Shown here in pieces: positions 29,097 to 39,051 of a stretch of 64,000 bases of DNA (the first letter of the stretch is position 1; each line of letters starts with the position of its first letter). This stretch comes from Acidimicrobiia bacterium. Its GTDB lineage: Bacteria; Actinomycetota; Acidimicrobiia; Spongiisociales; ZC4RG35. The notes under the pieces were generated by a model. That model saw only the letters and a list, made by a program, of their open reading frames with translations, was not told the origin of the DNA and ran no database searches. Location: contig OZ244034.1 of assembly GCA_965215185.1 (NCBI GenBank), forward strand, positions 341,863 through 405,862, read 5' to 3'. The translations under genes were made by a program, and so were the position numbers.

Positions 29097-29853
29097 TCGA
29101 TGCTCCTATGGTTGTCAAATCGATGCTTCTATGTTTGCCAAATCGAGTTTTTGGGGTCGGGGTTTAGTTTGGCCGGTTTAGGGGGTTTGGGGTGTTGGTG
29201 GTGGGTTTTGGAGGAGTCGATGCTCCTATGTTTTGCAAATCGGGTTCTGGTGGGTGAGCCAGTGGTGGTATCGGGTGGCGAGTTGATGGTTGTGGTATAG
29301 GCCTCGTTCGAGTTGTGAGAGGCGTGTTGGCTGGGTGTGGAGGGCTGTGGCGGCGTGAGTGAGCGATGTTTGGGTGTTTTGGCGTAGGCAGCGGAGATGG
29401 GCGCCGTTGGGTGTTTGGGGCGGGTTGGTCAACAGTTGGTAGACCTGGCGGGCAATGTAGATGCTCCTATGGTTGTCAAATCGAGTTTTGGTGGGGTGTG
29501 AGGGCGGTGAGCCATTGGTGGTATTGGGTGGCGAGTTGGTGGTTGTGGTATAGGCCTCGTTCGAGTTGTGAGATGCGGTTGGGGTGGGTTTGTAGGGCGG
29601 TGGCGGCGTGGGTGAGGGTTGTTAGCGCGTTTTTGCGTAGACAGCGAAGATGGGCGCCGTTGGGGGTTTCGGGTGGGTTGGTGAGCAGGTGGTAGATCTC
29701 CCGGGCGATGTGGCGTTTTAGGCAGCGGATGATCTCCCGGCGGTTTTTGCCTTCTGTTTGTCTTTTTTGGGCGTAGGCGATGGTGGTCTGGTCGTAGCGC
29801 ATGCGGGTGATGGCGATCCGCCACAGGGATGCTTCTATGATTTCCAAATCGAG
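29097..29853. repeat. five dispersed copies of a ~26-nt motif GATGCT(C/T)CTATG(G/T/A)TT(G/T)(T/C)CAAATCG(A/G)G that mark the junctions of truncated IS110 3'-end copies
   Basis: Copies at 29099-29123, 29124-29150, 29219-29246, 29460-29486 and 29828-29853, each followed by G/T-rich sequence. Confidence 0.6.
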
Positions 29854-29900
29854 TTTTTGGGGTCGGGGTGACCAACAGGGCAGCGGCTTGTTTGGCGGGT

Positions 29901-31021
29901 TTAGGGGGTTCGGGGTGTTGGTGGTGGGTTTTCGAGTAGTCGGTAGAGGTGGCGGGCGATGTACCGTTTGAGGCAGCGGCGGGTTTCGCGGGTGGTTTTT
30001 CCTTGGGCGGTGCGTTTGGCGATGTAGGCCCGGGTTTTGGGACAGTGTCGGGTGCGGGTGATGGCGATGGTGTGGAGGGCTCGGTTTAGTTGGCGGTCAC
30101 CGCGTCGGTTTAGTCGGTGGCGGGTTTGTTGTCCTGAGGAGGCTTGGAGGGGGGCTACGCCGGCCAGGCGAGCGAAGGCGGCTTCGTTGCGGTATCGGCC
30201 TGGGTGGGACCAGGCGATGTAGATTTGTGCGGCGGTGATGGGGCCTATCCCGGGTTGGTCGAGCAGCTGGGGAGCGACGGTTTCGACCAGTTTGGCGATG
30301 GGTGTTTGCAGTTCTGCTATTTCGGTGGTGAGCGTGCGGATACGCCGGGCTACAGATCGCATGGCCATTTTGGTGGCGGTGTGTTCGTTTCGGGAACCAG
30401 GGGTTGGTTGACTCGGTCGGAACTTGTGGCACTTGGTGATCAAAGCGGTGGTGGTGAGACTTCGGAGTTGGTCTCTGAGATCGACCGGCGCGGTTACTAC
30501 CAGGGCTTTGAGCGCGTTATGGCTGCTATCCGGGCGGTTTGGGCGCCTTGGCGGGTGGTTTCCAGTACTCGGAGGGCTTCTCGGTCTCCCCGAGCGCGGG
30601 GTACCGAAGGCCGGCGTCCCAGCGCCTGGCGGGCGGCTCGTCGAGCGTCCAGCGCGTCGGTTTTGGCGCCGTCGCGGGTCGGGTAGGGATGGTTGAACTC
30701 TATTACCCACTCGCCAGCAGCGCCAAGATAGGTGGCGGCCCCTGTTCCGTAGCTGTCGGCGCCTTCCACCGCCCACGCCCGTTCTGCGGATGTGTGCTGG
30801 TTTGCCCACTCCAACATCTGGGCATATCCGCCGCTGGTTGTCCCAAACCGTGCGGACGCCAACTCTGCGGTGGTGGAAGCGTCCACCACCGACGCGGTTA
30901 CCCAATCACGATCAGGATCGATCCCGATCACATGGTCTACCATTGTGGCCAACATAAGAAAACCTTCTCTTTCTTGTGAAACTGGGCTGTTCGCCTCACG
31001 AGGCGCAAACCGTGACGGCAA
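29901..31021 (-). CDS. IS110-family transposase, copy c (complete C-terminus; DEDD N-domain and C-domain in different frames, so frameshifted or pseudogene)
   Basis: ORF 30497-31021 = 'MLATMVDHVIGIDPDRDWVTASVVD...' (N-domain). ORF 29901-30905 carries '...LKALVVTAPVDLRDQLR...AARLAGVAPLQASSGQQTRHRLNRRGDRQLNRALHTIAITR...' in another frame. Confidence 0.75.
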
Positions 31022-31136
31022 GACTGTGATGGGTCACACCAATTTTGGTGGACAAGCTTCTGATCAGGCCAGCAACGCAAACGCCCAGAAGGCGCAGTGG
31101 GCGGTATCGGACATATCCCTATAAAAGACACAACGG

Positions 31137-32171
31137 TCATGGTTGTTGTGGGTCACGACACCGCCTACTGACGCCTATCCTGGCAACCTCTAAGGAGGCT
31201 CCCCTAATACTCACAGCGTTGTTGGCTTGGCGGTCGCCGCCCCGGTTGAGCCGGTGGCGTATGGTCCGTCCCGACGACGCCTGGACGGGACTGGCGCCGC
31301 ACAATGCTGCGAAGGACGCTTCCGATTGCATGCGTTCGGGGTTGTCACCAGCGGTGACCAACAGGGCAGCGGCGGTGTCGGCGCCGACTCTGGAGGCGGC
31401 TAACAGCGCCGGGTTGACCTGGGCGCAGAGATGGTTGATCTGGGTGGTGAGTTCTTCGATCTCGGCGGTGAGCGCCTGATATCGGCGGGCCAGGGAACGC
31501 AGCGCCTTTTTGGCGTAGGTGACGGTGATGGTGGCTGTTCGGGGACGGAAACCGGCGCAGGCCTTGACGCGGGCTTTGGCCGGCAGTCTCTCTAGCTGGT
31601 GTTTGACCTGGTCGGGGGCGGTTACCACCAAAGCGTGCAGCTGGTTTATGGCCTGGGTGCGGGCTTTGGTCGCCGAACGGCGGGCCACCGAAAGCATCCG
31701 TATTGCTTCCACCCGACCGTTGCCGCTTTTGGGCACTGCGGTGGCCTGTCCGTTGAGAACCGCCCGTGCCGCTCCTTGGGCGTCGGTGGCGTCGGTCTTG
31801 CCCAACCGGCGGCGCAGCTGCCGGTTGGGACGGTTCACCTCTGTCACCTCGACACCGGCCTCGGTTAGATAACGGGCCAGGCCGGCGCCGTAACTGCCGG
31901 TGCCCTCTATACCGACCCGGACCACTCGACCGTGTGACCCCAACCAGTCGCCCAGTTGCTGATAACCGGCCGTGTCGGCCACGAAGGAGGCTGTTCCCAG
32001 GACCCGACCGGTGCTGTCCACCACCGCCGCCATGTGAACATCCCGGTGGGTGTCCACCCCACCGCACACATCTACCTGCTGACCTACTGACATGAACAAT
32101 CCTCCTTGGATAGAATTCTGGCTAATCACCCAGACCCGGTGGCGGGTGGACAGATCAAGCCAAAGGCACAA
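31137..32171 (-). CDS. IS110-family transposase, copy b (divergent paralogue; C-terminus cut after 'RLNRGGDRQAN' by copy c)
   Basis: 'MSVGQQVDVCGGVDTHRDVHMAAVVD...SFAALCGASPVQASSGRTIRHRLNRGGDRQAN'. The final ~60 residues of a normal IS110 transposase are missing, and the next copy's left end starts there. Confidence 0.8.
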   Translation of the reverse strand: MCLWLDLSTRHRVWVISQNSIQGGLFMSVGQQVDVCGGVDTHRDVHMAAVVDSTGRVLGTASFVADTAGYQQLGDWLGSHGRVVRVGIEGTGSYGAGLARYLTEAGVEVTEVNRPNRQLRRRLGKTDATDAQGAARAVLNGQATAVPKSGNGRVEAIRMLSVARRSATKARTQAINQLHALVVTAPDQVKHQLERLPAKARVKACAGFRPRTATITVTYAKKALRSLARRYQALTAEIEELTTQINHLCAQVNPALLAASRVGADTAAALLVTAGDNPERMQSEASFAALCGASPVQASSGRTIRHRLNRGGDRQANNAVSIRGASLEVARIGVSRRCRDPQQP

Positions 32172-32216
32172 CGGCCAGGTTGAGTTTGGGTCAGACCTGC
32201 CCCGGCCTAGGGGCCC

Positions 32217-33101
32217 TTACAAGTATGAGTGGTTGAGTTGGCGGTCGCCTCGTCGGTTGAGTCGGTGGCGGGTGTGTTGCCCCGAAGACGCTTGGAGAGG
32301 GGCTACGCCGGCCAGGCGAGCGAAGGCGGCTTCGTTGCGGCAGCGGCCTGGGTGGGACCAGGCGATGAGCACTTGGGCGGCGGTGATGGGACCTACCCCG
32401 CGCTGGTTCAGCAGTTGCGGAGCTGCGGCTGTGATCATTTCGGCGATGGGCGTTTTCAGCTCTGCTATTTCATTGTTGAGGTTGCGGATGCGTCTGGCTG
32501 TAGAACGTAGGGCTTGTTTGGTGGCGGTGAGTTCGTTGACGGGTGCGGGTGGGATTCGAAACACCGAGCATTTGGCCACCAGAGCAGTTGTGCTCAGACC
32601 TCGGAGTTGGTCCCGAAGATCGACCGGAGCGGTTACTACCAGGGCTTTTAGCTGGTTGATCGCCGATACTCTGGCCCCTTGGGCGCCCTGGCGGGTGGTT
32701 TCCAACACTCGCAAGGCTTCGCGGTCTCCCCTGGCCCGCGGTACGGATGGCCACGGGCGGCCCAGCACTTGGCGGGCGGCCCGGCGGGCGTCCAGTGCGT
32801 CGGGTTTGGCGCCGTCGCGGGTCGGGGCGGGATCGTTGAACTCTTTCACCAGTTCCCCTCGGGCGATAAGGTAACCGGTCACGCCGGCTCCGTAACTGCC
32901 CGAGCCTTCCACCGACCACACTCGACCGGCGGCCTGGGTGTGCTGGTCGGCCCATTTCAACAACCGGTCATACCCTGACCGGGTGGTTCCGAACACTCCG
33001 GATGCTTGTTCTCCGGTAGTGGCGGTGTCAACTACTGAGGCGGTGACTCGGTCCCGATCAGGATCGATCCCGATCACATGCTTTACCATTGTGGCCAACA
33101 T
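32217..33101 (-). CDS. IS110-family transposase, copy a (C-terminus cut after 'RLNRRGDRQLN' by copy b)
   Basis: 294 aa from 'MLATMVKHVIGIDPDRDRVTASVVD' to '...HRLNRRGDRQLNHSYL*'. In the ORF track it is read through from the upstream host gene as one 685-aa ORF. Confidence 0.8.
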   Translation of the reverse strand: MLATMVKHVIGIDPDRDRVTASVVDTATTGEQASGVFGTTRSGYDRLLKWADQHTQAAGRVWSVEGSGSYGAGVTGYLIARGELVKEFNDPAPTRDGAKPDALDARRAARQVLGRPWPSVPRARGDREALRVLETTRQGAQGARVSAINQLKALVVTAPVDLRDQLRGLSTTALVAKCSVFRIPPAPVNELTATKQALRSTARRIRNLNNEIAELKTPIAEMITAAAPQLLNQRGVGPITAAQVLIAWSHPGRCRNEAAFARLAGVAPLQASSGQHTRHRLNRRGDRQLNHSYL

Positions 33102-33365
33102 AAGAAACCTTCTCTTTCTTGTGCGAACTGGGCTGGTGCCTCGCAAGGCGCAAACCGTGACGGCAGGACTGTGACGGGTCACACCCTGTGGGTGGACAGG
33201 CTTCTGATCAGGCCAGCAACGGAACGCCCAGGGGCGTCGCGGCGGTGTCGGACATATCAAGTCAAAGAAACAAAGGTCAGAGTGGCCTCGGGTCACGACA
33301 CCACCGCTGACGCCAATCCTGGCAGCCTCTACAAGGCCCCCCAATACCCACAGAGCGGCCTGTGA

Positions 33366-34274
33366 CTCCAGCTCCAGCAGGGTTTTTTGGTGTGGTGTGG
33401 CGGCAATCTCCCTTGCCGAGCGATTGGCCAGGGCTTGTGGAAGATCAGCCAGAAGATCCGGCTGCTGGCCGGCTGCCGGTGGGGAATAGCCACCCAACAG
33501 CCTTAACACGGTTCCAAGTTCCATGTACTCCCCATCGCCCAAAGCGATGTTTCTTTCCCCACACAGAGCTACCCCTCCTGCTCCTATGACGCTTAGTTCT
33601 CCTTTTCCGAAGTCGATCACCGCCACGGTGTGTTCATCCACTCCGATTATGCCCAAACCGGCGGGAAGCATGGCTTTCAGCAGTTCAAATCGCCGGCGCC
33701 CCATGTAGCACCGGCTCGTGTCGAAGCCCTGGCCCTCGGTGTTGTTCCAGTGTGGAATGAACACCGCCTCCAGGCCCAGATGGGAGGTGAGGTCCAATCC
33801 TTCCAGCCACCCCAGCCCGGAGCCCACTTTGTAGATCTCGTAGACGGGAAGAGTCTTCACTCCGGCCGTGAGGGCGGCGGCCGACGCCACTGTCACGGTG
33901 GCGCCAGTCGAGAGAAGATCTCGCAGCGCCGAGGCCAGCGGCGTCTCTTTCCACACTCCCAAGGCATAGGTAGGCGATCCCGGTCCGGCGAAGACGTAAC
34001 GGGCGCGGCGGACGGCGGCCAGCATCTCTTCGCAGGCGAGGGCGCCCGCTTCGGCAGAGCGGTAGGAGACCACCCCCGCCTCTATGGACAGGCTGGTGGT
34101 GAAAAAGGTAGCCAGCTTTTCGGAATTGAGGGTGGCGTTCTCCTGGAATCCGTAGGGGGTGTCGAGCACCAGCACTTGATGGGCCTTGGCCGCTTCGATC
34201 CCCAGCCGATGGGCAGCTAGCAGCCGATTGGAGGTCTCTCCAGATCCCATGAGAATCAGGCGTCCCGCTCTCAA
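33366..34274 (-). CDS. GATase1-like/peptidase S51 (cyanophycinase-like) family protein, 3' end disrupted by IS110 copy a
   Basis: N-terminal ~300 aa 'MRAGRLILMGSGETSNRLL...VLVLDTPYGFQ...' reads with no stop into the IS110 left end. The family call is weak. Confidence 0.3.
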
Positions 34275-35129
34275 AAGGACGACTCCTCGGCCAGTCCCTC
34301 AAGCCAACCGGCGGTCAGCCGTGGATATTGGGCATGCAGGTCATGATGGGCGTCCAGCCAGATAACCCGGCCTCTGGGAAGGAGGTCTACAAAGCGGGAG
34401 ACGCTTTCTCGCTTGGCGGCTCTCCTGGCAACGGTCTGGGCAGTAGCCACTACCAAGACCGGGCATCGGAGGTGAGGTGCGATCATGCAGGGCTGGTGCT
34501 TCCACATCTCATGTAGCAGTCGAAAATGGTTTTCTCTCTTCAGGTGTGGACCAGCCGTTCCGTCTGGCGCCACTACGAAGTTGGCTAGTTGTCCCCGTAC
34601 ACCGCTTTCAGGCCAACCCGAGAAGTGTTTCCGAAGTTTTCGCTCCAGATCGGAGTGGAGGACTCCGTCAAAGGAAGGGGGGGCAAGTTCCCGGGCGGTG
34701 GTCTCCCAGTCGGGAAGGGATCTGCTCAAAGTAATGAACCCCCCGTCTATGCAGGCAAAGGGCGGCAATGCGACGCCGGTAGCGGTGGGCAAGCTCCAGC
34801 ACCACGTTCCCTCCCAAGGACTGCCCTGCCGCGATAACCGGCAACTCGGGTTGAAATGTTTTCTCGATCACCTCAACCAGATCTTCGGCCAAAGTGGCGA
34901 AGTCGAAGGGTCCGTCCACCTTGTCTGACCGTCCGTGGGAGCGCTGATCCACAGCCACCGAGAAGTAGCCTCTCGCCGCCAGGTACTCGGCGACCCCATC
35001 CCATAGGCGTGCGTTGGAGGCCAGTCCATGCACCAGCAAGAAGGCCATCGGTCGAGAACCCGAGCGGACCACTGTGCTGAGACCAACCCCCTTTTTGGTA
35101 ATGATGCGCCTCCGCAGGGGCTCTTTCAT
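34271..35129 (-). pseudogene. alpha/beta-hydrolase split by a frameshift
   Basis: ORF 34668-35129 = 'FLLVHGLASNARLWDGVAEYLAARGYFSVAVDQRSHGRSD...AAGQSLGGNVV' (nucleophile elbow GxSxG). ORF 34271-34792, in another frame, carries the C-terminal 'VIWLDAHHDLHAQYP' (catalytic His region). Confidence 0.55.
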
Positions 35130-35214
35130 AGGTTGGTTCCGCCTTTTGTCCCTTCATTCACCCCGGCAACTATGAGTACCAAACATGAGAGAACCATGAG
35201 ATTTACCCTACCCG

Positions 35215-36510
35215 GTGGGTGGGGTAAGATATGTGCCTGTGACAGCCACCATCGTGTTAGGCGCACAGTGGGGCGACGAGGGGAAGGGCCGGGTAACCGA
35301 TTTTTTCGCGAAGTCCGCTGATTTTGTCGTCCGCTATCAGGGAGGGAACAATGCCGGCCATACCATCACCATTGGCGACCGCGTCTATGCACTCTCGGTG
35401 GTCCCTTCCGGGGTGATGTACCCAGGGTGCGTGCCGGTGATTGCCTCGGGCTGTGTGCTGGACCCGGTGGTCCTACTGGAAGAATTGGACATGCTTACCC
35501 ATGAAGGGATCAGCCCCGAGCGCCTCCGCATCTCTTCCAATGCTCATCTGATCATGCCCTATCACCGGGTGCTGGATGGGATAATGGAGCGTTACCTGGG
35601 ACGCAACCGAATCGGCACCACCAAACGGGGAATAGGTCCCGCTTACACCGACAAGTACTCCCGAGTGGGAATCCGCGTTCAGGACCTTTTTGATCCCCGG
35701 ATCTTCCGGGAGAAAGTGGAAGCGGCCCTGGTAGACAAGAACAAGATACTCACCCGGGTTTACAACCGTCTTCCCATGGGCCCCGAGGAAATAGCCACCC
35801 AGTATCTGGAGATGGCCGAGCGCCTCCTACCCTATGTCACCGACACTTCGCTTCTCCTGTGGAATGCGATTGCCGAGGGGCGACAGGTGCTATTCGAAGG
35901 CGCCCAGGGGACGCTATTGGATATCGATCACGGCACCTATCCCTTTGTCACTTCGTCCAATCCCACGGCTGGGGGAGCGTTGATCGGCGCTGGACTAGGT
36001 CCCACAGCGATAGACGCGGTAGTCGGGGTGGCCAAGGCCTATATCTCCCGGGTGGGCAGCGGGCCGTTTCCTACCGAGTTGTCTGACGGGGTGGGGGATT
36101 GGCTGGTGGACCAAGGTCGGGAGTACGGCACGGTAACCGGCCGCCGGAGACGCTGTGGGTGGCTCGACCTGGTGGCCCTCCGCTACGCGGCCAGGATCAA
36201 TGGGTTGACTCAGCTGTTCATCACCAAGCTGGATATTCTCTCCGGTCTGGATACTTTGCGGGTGGCAGTGGGCTATGAGGGTGAGGGACAAAGCTATTCG
36301 GAGTTTCCCCGCCAGCAGCGGGTCCTGTACAAGTGCACCCCGGTGTATGAAGAGCTTGAAGGGTGGTCGCAAGACATAACCGGGGCAAGACGTTTCGAAG
36401 ACTTCCCTGCGGCCGCTCGTCGCTATATAAGGTTCATCGAGGAGGCAGTGGGAGTCCCGGTGGCATGGGTCTCGGTCGGTCCCGAGCGCAGCCAACTGGT
36501 CATTCGATAG
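35215..36510 (+). CDS. purA: adenylosuccinate synthetase
   Basis: 'GAQWGDEGKGR' P-loop, 'GNNAGHT', and C-terminal 'GWLDLVALRYAARINGLTQLFITKLDIL'. The true start may be the GTG near 35233. Confidence 0.9.
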   Translation: MGGVRYVPVTATIVLGAQWGDEGKGRVTDFFAKSADFVVRYQGGNNAGHTITIGDRVYALSVVPSGVMYPGCVPVIASGCVLDPVVLLEELDMLTHEGISPERLRISSNAHLIMPYHRVLDGIMERYLGRNRIGTTKRGIGPAYTDKYSRVGIRVQDLFDPRIFREKVEAALVDKNKILTRVYNRLPMGPEEIATQYLEMAERLLPYVTDTSLLLWNAIAEGRQVLFEGAQGTLLDIDHGTYPFVTSSNPTAGGALIGAGLGPTAIDAVVGVAKAYISRVGSGPFPTELSDGVGDWLVDQGREYGTVTGRRRRCGWLDLVALRYAARINGLTQLFITKLDILSGLDTLRVAVGYEGEGQSYSEFPRQQRVLYKCTPVYEELEGWSQDITGARRFEDFPAAARRYIRFIEEAVGVPVAWVSVGPERSQLVIR

Positions 36511-36530
36511 TTCTGATCGAAAGAGCCTTT

Positions 36531-37769
36531 TTAGAGGTGACGGGAGAGGGGTGAAGCAAGGTCGCCATTGGGAGACACAGTTACTTTCTTCGCACCAAGC
36601 CATTGCGCCATCTCAGAGAGTTCTTCGGCCAGATTCCGGCCCACCCTGTCCACGTCAATGTCGACCTCGCCAAAACTGCCCAACACCCGCAGGCACCTGG
36701 CCTTCCGATCCAGCTTGAGGTCCACGCGGGCGACCATTCTGTCTTCGAGCAGGAAGGGCAGCACGTAGTAGCCGTGAATCCGCTTAGGGCGAGGAACGTA
36801 GATCTCAATCCGGTACCGGAAGTCGAACAGCCTTTCCAGCCTCGGTCGGAACCAGACCAGGGGATCGAAGGGGGAAAGAAGCGCCCGTCCCTCCACCCGG
36901 CGGGGACAAACGGCATCCGGATCCAGATAGGCCGGCTCCGACCAGCCCTCCACCTCCATCTCCCGGATCTCACCGGAGGCGACCAGGTCAGCGAGGGCGG
37001 CGCGGGCTGGCGAAATTCCTATGCGGTAGTAGTCGGCGAGATCGGCGGCGGTTCCCACGCCGCATTGCGCAATCGCCAGCCGCAGTAGCCGACGGTGGGC
37101 CTCCGGCGCCTCGGTCGGCGGCTGGGCCATCGCCCCCGGGGAATGGACCCGCTCGGGAAGGTCATACCATCGGATGAAACGTTGCCGGTCAGCGACGGTG
37201 ACCGCGCCTCTCCAGAACAGCCACTCCAAAGCGCGCTTTCCCACCGAATGTCCCCACCACGATCCGCCGGATTCCCCCGGTTCGCTCAGGTCGGCAGAGC
37301 GCAGTGGCCCCTTTGCCATCACCTCCCGGTACACCTGCTGCACATACTCTGGGTTGTCGTAGTTGACAGACTCGATCCATCCCCGCAGCGGTTGGCGCAT
37401 GCGGTGGACGAAGAGGGGACGATGGGCGATCGGGATCAGGGATCGTTCGTGCCCCCAGTACTCGAACAGTTCCCGCGATGTCCACAGCCATTGATCGAGA
37501 CGATGGCGGGGATAGGAGCCCAGCCTCGAAAAGAACGGGAGGTAGTGGGCTCTGGCCAGCACATTCACTGAATCCAGTTGGATGAGGCCGGTGCTTCGGA
37601 CGACCTTACGATAGTGGCGCACATCCAACTTTCCGGACGGTCGCATGGCCCCCAGTCCGGCTGCGGATATGGCTAACCGGCGGGCCTGGGGGGTGGTGAG
37701 TCGAGTCATGGTTCCAATAGGAGGAGGCCATTTGCGCCGCCGGTGGAAAGAGTCGACGAATCCATTCAA
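36531..37769 (-). CDS. winged-helix DNA-binding protein of the YcaQ/AlkZ (HTH_42) DNA-glycosylase-like family
   Basis: 412 aa. The N-terminal 'TPQARRLAISAAGL' and the overall length are consistent with crosslink-repair glycosylase homologues. Call made from memory of family features. Confidence 0.5.
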   Translation of the reverse strand: MNGFVDSFHRRRKWPPPIGTMTRLTTPQARRLAISAAGLGAMRPSGKLDVRHYRKVVRSTGLIQLDSVNVLARAHYLPFFSRLGSYPRHRLDQWLWTSRELFEYWGHERSLIPIAHRPLFVHRMRQPLRGWIESVNYDNPEYVQQVYREVMAKGPLRSADLSEPGESGGSWWGHSVGKRALEWLFWRGAVTVADRQRFIRWYDLPERVHSPGAMAQPPTEAPEAHRRLLRLAIAQCGVGTAADLADYYRIGISPARAALADLVASGEIREMEVEGWSEPAYLDPDAVCPRRVEGRALLSPFDPLVWFRPRLERLFDFRYRIEIYVPRPKRIHGYYVLPFLLEDRMVARVDLKLDRKARCLRVLGSFGEVDIDVDRVGRNLAEELSEMAQWLGAKKVTVSPNGDLASPLSRHL

Positions 37770-37954
37770 AGGGAGCCTATATGGGCCGACATTCGAGCAA
37801 GGACAGCCCGATCCCCGCAGTGGCTCTTAGGCCAATAGCTATCTGCGGTGTGGAGTGCCCGGGTTCGGGCGCTACCAGGGTTCCGGACAGCGGAACATGG
37901 GGACGATCGTTTACCCATGCAAGCACTTCTGGCAGTGGTGTTTCCATAGACTGA

Positions 37955-38987
37955 GTGTTGAAGTCTTGTTTTTCCCGTGCATCTGGAGGTGCAACGATGA
38001 CTGGTCTTAACGCCGAACAACTGGCCAGTTTTGAAAAGGACGGCTATCTCATTGTTGAGAATGTGCTTTCTGAGGAAGACCTTGCGGGATTGGAGTCCGA
38101 GTATCGGGAGATTGTGGACCGCGTAGCCAAGGATCCTGTGAAAACAAGGGAAGATGGAGGCTTTGACGGGTGACAACTTCTCGGAGCGCTACATCCAGGC
38201 ATTGCAGCAGGTCGATGACATGTGCACCCTTTACCTGCATCTCGATATCTCACTGCGGCTGCTCAACCAACTCGACTTTTCTCACACTATGAACGCCGGG
38301 CCGCAGGTATTTCGTCTGCTGACCAACCCTCGACTGCTCGACATCGTGGAGTCGGTGATAGGGACCGAGATCTATTCCAACCCGGTGCAGCACACCCGCA
38401 TCAAGCCTCCGGCCAACCGTCTGCCCAAATCCATAGTGGACTCCAATGTGGCTGCGACGATGTGGCATCAGGACTCGGCGGTAATTACCTCCGACGCCGA
38501 CGAAACCGACATGCTGACCGTATGGCTGGCGGTAACGGACGCCACGGTCGAGAACGGGTGCCTGATCGCCGAACGGGGAAGCCATCGTGAGGACCTGACT
38601 CTTCATTGCCCGGGTCGGGGCTTCGCCGCAGATATATATCCCGGAGTCGATCATTGAATGGTGAGCAGGTTGTGCCCCCTTGAAGTCGGGGCAGGTGGCG
38701 CCGTCTTGCTTCACCGACTGACCGAGCACGGTTCGTTCGACAATCTCAGTGATGATATCCGGTGGAGCTTTGACTTTCGCTACCAACCGATCGGTCAGCC
38801 CACCGGCCGCTCGGTCTTCCCCGGTTTCGTGGCCCGAAGCACTGCTAATCGCGAGCAGGTGCTCACTGACCACGCCCAGTGGGCTCACTTCTGGTGGGAA
38901 GCTCGGGATGGGATCGCCAACCGCGAAGTGGCGATGAACCTCAACTCCAGGTGGGAGGCAAACGCCCTTCAACCCATTTGTGCCTGA
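37955..38987 (+). pseudogene. phytanoyl-CoA dioxygenase (PhyH)-family Fe(II)/2OG oxygenase broken into three ORFs (one frameshift near 38160 and one in-frame TGA at 38655-38657)
   Basis: ORF1 'LNAEQLASFEKDGYLIVENVL' (PhyH N-terminus); ORF2 '...HQDSAV...' (HxD); ORF3 continues in the same frame directly after TGA: '...GVDH*MVSRL...'. Confidence 0.6.
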
Positions 38988-39051
38988 CGCACCTGTTGCT
39001 GGCAGGTAGTCTCAGGTGGGCAGTGGGAGTAGTTGAGCCCAGCCAAAAGAG

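Larger units (their letters stand above)
29040..33365 (-). mobile_element. nested/tandem array of IS110-family insertion sequences: three transposase genes plus two 5'-truncated 3'-end copies
   Basis: Three ORFs with the DEDD N-terminal domain and the IS110 C-terminal 'AARLAGVAPLQASSGQQTRHRLNRRGDRQLN' motif lie head-to-tail. Two of them end abruptly at the same residue, where the next copy begins. Confidence 0.8.

Noticed and set aside
29097-29853. Regularly recurring ~26-nt motif looked superficially like a CRISPR array
   Set aside because: The spacing is irregular (25, 95, 240, 370 bp). The intervening sequences are IS110 transposase 3'-end fragments rather than unique spacers, and no cas genes are nearby.
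32217-34274. Single 685-aa protein
   Set aside because: It is a chimeric read-through of a host gene, the IS left-end sequence and the IS110 transposase. See the finding above.
38655-38657. In-frame TGA in the PhyH gene as a possible selenocysteine codon
   Set aside because: No SECIS-like hairpin is apparent immediately downstream. PhyH enzymes are not selenoproteins, and the same gene also carries a frameshift, so decay or sequencing error is the parsimonious explanation.
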